Origin: Naegleria gruberi
Taxonomy: Eukaryota
Strand: one strand, 5' to 3'
Assembly: GCA_000004985.1 (NCBI GenBank)
Contig: GG738894.1
Length of the DNA stretch: 64,000 nt
Below the pieces are notes generated by a model, which worked only from the letters and a program-made list of their open reading frames with translations, made no database searches and had not been told where the DNA came from. How positions within the stretch are numbered: the stretch's first letter is position 1; every line of letters starts with the position of its first letter. Positions 59,874 to 64,000 of the stretch are shown here, piece after piece. Made by a program: the position numbers and the translations under genes.

Positions 59874-62120
59874 TTAATTGGCTGATTTCAAATCAAATAG
59901 TTCAATAATATCTTCCATTTTGGATCCCTTATTGGCAACCAAAACGTCAGTGACAGAGACGAGTACCTTAATTGGTACTGATTCACCATACTGATCACAA
60001 ATTGCATCCATGAACAGATCGAGATCTTGTTTGCTAGTGAAAATAGGTTCGCCAGCAATACTTTCAATGACATCCTTAATGTTATCAACTCCTTTAACAT
60101 TTGGTACTCTCAATACTCTGTCAAATTGCTCAACCAAATCCAAATCTTGCAAAGAGCTACTCATTGAACTGGTACCAATGATCAATAATTTACGTCCCTT
60201 TGGTGGAGGTGTTCTGATACAGGTCATTAAAGTTTGAAGTACGAGATTAGAAAATCTTGGGCCAATTCTTACCAATTGAATTAATCTTTCCACATTATCC
60301 AAAATAATGACACTCTTATCTGAACGGTAAGAATCTTGGAAAGCATCTGAAATGTATTGACATTGCTCATATTCTGAAATCATTTTGATCATTTTGCTTG
60401 GTGAGACAACCTTGACAAATGGGAATTTAGTTTCCAATGCCAAACTTGCAGCAAGGGCAGTCAAACCACTTTTTCTAGAACCAGTCAATAAAACACTGGA
60501 GAGGAATGTATTTTCACCCTTATCAATTTGCTTCATAATGAGTGAACATTTTTCTTTCAGTTTTTCAAATTCTAATCCATGAGTAATAATTCCCTTTCCA
60601 ACAAATGACTTCAAGTCATCCTCGTCAACACTAAACGATGGTTTTGATTCAAGGAGAGCTCTATTAAAATCTTCCATTGTAACTTTGAGCAATTCAGAAA
60701 ATTCCTTGATATTCTTAGTTTCGACTTTCTGATTTTTAACGTCGATTCCTCTCGACATGGCAAATGATCTGGCACTTGCAACAAGACCCATAATATCAGA
60801 ACCTGTATAATTCTTTGTTCTCTCAACAATACTTGCAAAGTCTACATCACTCGACAGGAACTTGTTCTCTTGCAATTTTTGGGTGTGAATTTTCAAGATT
60901 TGCATTCTTCCTTCTTCGTTTGGAAGTCCAATTTCAATCTGTACATCAAATCTTCCCTTACGAAGAAGAGCTGGATCAATCAAATCCAAACGATTGGTCA
61001 TGCCAATAATTAAAAAATTGTTTGGAGTATCAACACCATCAATCATAGAAAGCAATTGATTGACCACATTATCTCTGACACCAGTATTGTCTCCAGCATT
61101 ACCTCTTTTTTTACAAATTGCATCAATTTCATCCATGATAATCAAGTGCAAACATTGAGTTTTTCCATTACTATCTTTCCAATCTTGAATTGCTTCAGCA
61201 AATAATTGTCTGATTTTCTTCTCAGATCCACCAACAAAAGAATCGAAAATTTCTGGACCATTGACAACTTCCTTCGTTTTACAATTCAATACTTGGCCAA
61301 TTTTCTTTGCAATCAAGGTTTTACCAGTTCCAGGTGGACCATAGAGAAGAACACCCTTAGTGTGCATTGCTCCCATTTTCTCAGCAACTTCTGGTGGATA
61401 AGCTCTCGAGGCAAATGCTCTTCTGAAGAGAACATTTAATTGTTTTTCTAAACCACCAATTCCCAAAGTGTTGAATGTGAAATCTGCATTGAATAGATCA
61501 GGTTGTTCCTCCTTCATTTCTTCTTCACTCAAATTGAGATTTCCAATTCTAATATCATCATTCAATTGAGTTGGAAGAGCATTAATATCATATGGTACAT
61601 TAGAGAATTTCATAATATTCTTTCCTGAAGACAATTTGAAATAAATAGTTGTCAAATCATCAATCTTGACTCTCTGTTTCGAGGTACAAACTGCCTTTGC
61701 TTGTACAAATTCTCCATTCATAACAAACAGTATCGATTGACCATAGGTCAATATATGAGCATTAAATGCCTTCTTTACAATACTAATCATTTCAACAATA
61801 TCTACAACTTTTCTATCGACAATTCTTTCATCCACAAACTTGATCTCAAAAACCACATGTCTCTCCTCCTCACAATTAATCACCGATAAATCATCAAATA
61901 CTTTAAATTCATGCTTTTCTCCCAATTCAACACCTGCCTGACTTCTCATAAACTTATTCAATCCAATTTCACCTTTTTGTATGGTCGGATAGGTTGAAAC
62001 TCTCGTAACCAAATTACCACAAATTAAATAGGATTGATGACCAATATCATCGGGGTGAAGATAGGCCAAATTGGAAAATTGTAAGTGTTTCACTGGTGTA
62101 CTAGCAATAGTAAACTTCAT
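59874..62120 (-). CDS. NSF: N-ethylmaleimide-sensitive factor (NSF), vesicle-fusing ATPase
   Basis: 748 aa with an N-domain (MKFTIASTPVKHLQFSNLAYLHPDD...), D1 AAA with Walker A GVLLYGPPGTGKTLIAKKIG, Walker B LHLIIMDEIDAI and the conserved NRLDLIDPALLRKGRFD, then a degenerate D2 (SVLLTGSRKSGLTALAA). Single exon. Confidence 0.92.
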   Translation of the reverse strand: MKFTIASTPVKHLQFSNLAYLHPDDIGHQSYLICGNLVTRVSTYPTIQKGEIGLNKFMRSQAGVELGEKHEFKVFDDLSVINCEEERHVVFEIKFVDERIVDRKVVDIVEMISIVKKAFNAHILTYGQSILFVMNGEFVQAKAVCTSKQRVKIDDLTTIYFKLSSGKNIMKFSNVPYDINALPTQLNDDIRIGNLNLSEEEMKEEQPDLFNADFTFNTLGIGGLEKQLNVLFRRAFASRAYPPEVAEKMGAMHTKGVLLYGPPGTGKTLIAKKIGQVLNCKTKEVVNGPEIFDSFVGGSEKKIRQLFAEAIQDWKDSNGKTQCLHLIIMDEIDAICKKRGNAGDNTGVRDNVVNQLLSMIDGVDTPNNFLIIGMTNRLDLIDPALLRKGRFDVQIEIGLPNEEGRMQILKIHTQKLQENKFLSSDVDFASIVERTKNYTGSDIMGLVASARSFAMSRGIDVKNQKVETKNIKEFSELLKVTMEDFNRALLESKPSFSVDEDDLKSFVGKGIITHGLEFEKLKEKCSLIMKQIDKGENTFLSSVLLTGSRKSGLTALAASLALETKFPFVKVVSPSKMIKMISEYEQCQYISDAFQDSYRSDKSVIILDNVERLIQLVRIGPRFSNLVLQTLMTCIRTPPPKGRKLLIIGTSSMSSSLQDLDLVEQFDRVLRVPNVKGVDNIKDVIESIAGEPIFTSKQDLDLFMDAICDQYGESVPIKVLVSVTDVLVANKGSKMEDIIELFDLKSAN

Positions 62121-62419
62121 CTTGAATTATTATCGCTCTCTATTTCAATTAATAATAAAACAATTGATCGTTGTTCTCTCCTTTTTTTTATGTTGAAAAT
62201 ATGAACTTTTTTGAGTGTTCTTTAAATAGGTTTTAAAGTTATCTAAAAACAAATTGATGACGCAAATTCAAACACTCTCAACGGATACCATGACGTACTT
62301 GCCACTTCAATAGTAAAAACAGATTTAACCTATTCCATTCAAATGATTTGTTTTTGAATAAGGTTGTTTTTTGGAGGAGGTTTTATGAATTGGAATTTTT
62401 TTTGTAATACTTATAAAAA

Positions 62420-63424
62420 ATGCATCAAGATGTTTGGAGGGAAGTTTTTCAATTTTTGGAACCGATTGATTTGGTGAGTTCAATGTTGGCTATTGTAGAA
62501 GAATCAATTGTTACGTTTGAGAGTATTGCTTTGGGAGATTGTAGAGTTTCATTCCGATATATTGATCACAATGATGATTGGTCAGAAAATCAATTAAATT
62601 CTGAATATTGTTTGGATTATGTTAGAATATTGGGAAATGTAAATTATATTGTTAATTTATATTTATTAAAATTGGGAATTAAATTGGGAAATTTTGATAG
62701 TCAATCGAATGTTGAATCGATACTTGATAGTTATCAATTTAGTTTATTGGAATTTTATAGAAAAAGTTTACTTCAAGTTGAATTTCCACCATTTGAACCA
62801 ACTACACCAGATAAAGCATATGTATTGAAATATGTTACAATTGGAGATAGGTCAATTGGAAAGAAAACTTTACAAATGTATTTGAGGGATGGAAAATTTG
62901 ATCCTCACCCACCAATTGGAGTTGATTTCTGTATCAAGAGGTGTGCTCTAAAAGGAGGACCAAATATTAAACATCAAATATGGAATGCTTCAGATATGAG
63001 ACAAGAATCAAAGCCAGAACTTATTCAAAAACTTAGTCGATATGGATTTTCATTCCTCTTTTGCTTCTCAATGGAAAATGAGGAAACCTTCAAAGTGATG
63101 GAACAGTGGATTGAACCTCTTAGGAACCTTGATATTTCAAAAAGATTGGGTTTAATCATTGGCTTTCATCCATTCATTAAGAACGAAACAAAACAACACT
63201 TGACTCGATTGGAAGCTGTGAAAAAATCTTGGCAATTTGAAAAATCATTATTTCTCGAAATTGACACTGCCAAGAACCAGAATATATATGCTCTTGTTTG
63301 GTTCCTTCAGATAAAGTATACATACTTTAAACCTCCTTCGACAATGTATTATGTAGCACCTGAAAATATTACAAAGCAACAAGAAGAAGAGCCTGTTAAA
63401 AAGTCATTCTGTATTATACAATAA
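62420..63424 (+). CDS. F-box-like N-terminus plus degenerate Rab-like domain (pseudo-GTPase), paralog of 18007-18993
   Basis: MHQDVWREVFQFLEPIDLVSSMLAI versus MAQDLAWLEIIQFLEPIDVLTSLLTV, colinear throughout. P-loop VTIGDRSIGKKTL; switch II IWNASDMRQ (no DxxGQ); no NKxD. Confidence 0.6.
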   Translation: MHQDVWREVFQFLEPIDLVSSMLAIVEESIVTFESIALGDCRVSFRYIDHNDDWSENQLNSEYCLDYVRILGNVNYIVNLYLLKLGIKLGNFDSQSNVESILDSYQFSLLEFYRKSLLQVEFPPFEPTTPDKAYVLKYVTIGDRSIGKKTLQMYLRDGKFDPHPPIGVDFCIKRCALKGGPNIKHQIWNASDMRQESKPELIQKLSRYGFSFLFCFSMENEETFKVMEQWIEPLRNLDISKRLGLIIGFHPFIKNETKQHLTRLEAVKKSWQFEKSLFLEIDTAKNQNIYALVWFLQIKYTYFKPPSTMYYVAPENITKQQEEEPVKKSFCIIQ

Positions 63425-63768
63425 GGAAAATTTAATGATACTATTTGGATATCAATTGGATATTTTCAAAGATAATTTCATTTTCACTGTAGTTGTCAAT
63501 TTGTGAAAAATTGTAAACTCTGTCTTTGTGCACCTTTACAAAACATTAAATGGATTACACTTTAAAATCAATATAACTGGATTGTATGAAGGAAATGCCA
63601 TTGATTTTAAAGTGTAATCCATTCGCATCCATCATCACTTTCCAAATCCGTTTATTCCATCCACAAATTCTCATTCCTTATTCGTCAACTCTTTACCGTA
63701 GTGTTTTTAAAAGAAAATAAATTTGGGCGCGCTTTTTGAAAAATCTTTTTTTTTCAAATCCAAAAAAA

Positions 63769-64000
63769 ATGGCAAAACAATCGCATCATCACGAAGAGGT
63801 GGATTATGGCTCGGCGTTGGATAGAACAACTTCGCCGCTTGAGGAGGAGAAGAATCACAATAATAATACTATGAATGATGAAGAAGAAAAACACTTGTCG
63901 AGTAATGCATCGGCGTTGATTAATATTATTAAAGCAAATATTGGATCGGGTATTTTGGGTATGCCCTATGCATTTCGTTGTGCTGGATATTGGCTTGGAA
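63769..64000 (+). CDS. Amino acid/auxin permease (AAAP, SLC36/38-like) transporter, 5' part (runs off the window)
   Basis: Starts MAKQSHHHEE...; the frame is still open at the window end in ...SNASALINIIKANIGSGILGMPYAFRCAGYWLG, the typical start of TM1 in AAAP carriers. Confidence 0.55.
   Translation, partial: MAKQSHHHEEVDYGSALDRTTSPLEEEKNHNNNTMNDEEEKHLSSNASALINIIKANIGSGILGMPYAFRCAGYWLG

Overview
This is eukaryotic, not prokaryotic, DNA, and the whole window is a gene-dense chromosomal arm. It is AT-rich overall (coding roughly 35-45% GC, intergenic richer in AT). Genes are tightly packed at about one per 2 kb on both strands. Introns are few and very short (39-113 nt), with GTAAGT/GTATGT...(Y)AG boundaries, and stops are mostly TAA. 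Many proteins carry N/S/Q-rich low-complexity tracts. The gene content includes dozens of signalling fusions, notably membrane PAS-cyclases, a TKL-like kinase, F-box/BTB proteins and Rab-like pseudo-GTPases. That content points to an AT-rich free-living protist, a heterolobosean such as Naegleria or an amoebozoan, but the species cannot be proven from sequence alone. I recognise about 30 protein-coding genes. The confident calls are a cathepsin-L-like C1A protease, ETHE1 persulfide dioxygenase, NSF, pirin, an S10 serine carboxypeptidase, a Mn-type CDF transporter, a C2-domain protein, a YjjX-type ITPase, a DASS/CitMHS-type permease with TrkA-C domains and a BTB-BACK-TLDc protein. There are also two large paralogous receptor-type class III nucleotidyl cyclases of the form multi-TM + extracellular loop + PAS + cyclase. 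One of them (36009-42211, minus strand) carries a complete USP-type deubiquitinase domain at its N-terminus in one continuous reading frame, which I consider the most unusual feature of the window. Other notable architectures are a protein kinase fused to a right-handed beta-helix domain, a pair of F-box plus Rab-like pseudo-GTPase paralogs, tandem genes with AT-hook C-termini, several local dispersed and direct repeats (including 130-bp direct repeats bracketing the USP-cyclase gene), and a recurring TTGGCGGG promoter motif. I found no rRNA, tRNA, CRISPR or obvious intact transposon. Exon junctions given below are inferred by eye from GT..AG signals and homology, so they are approximate.
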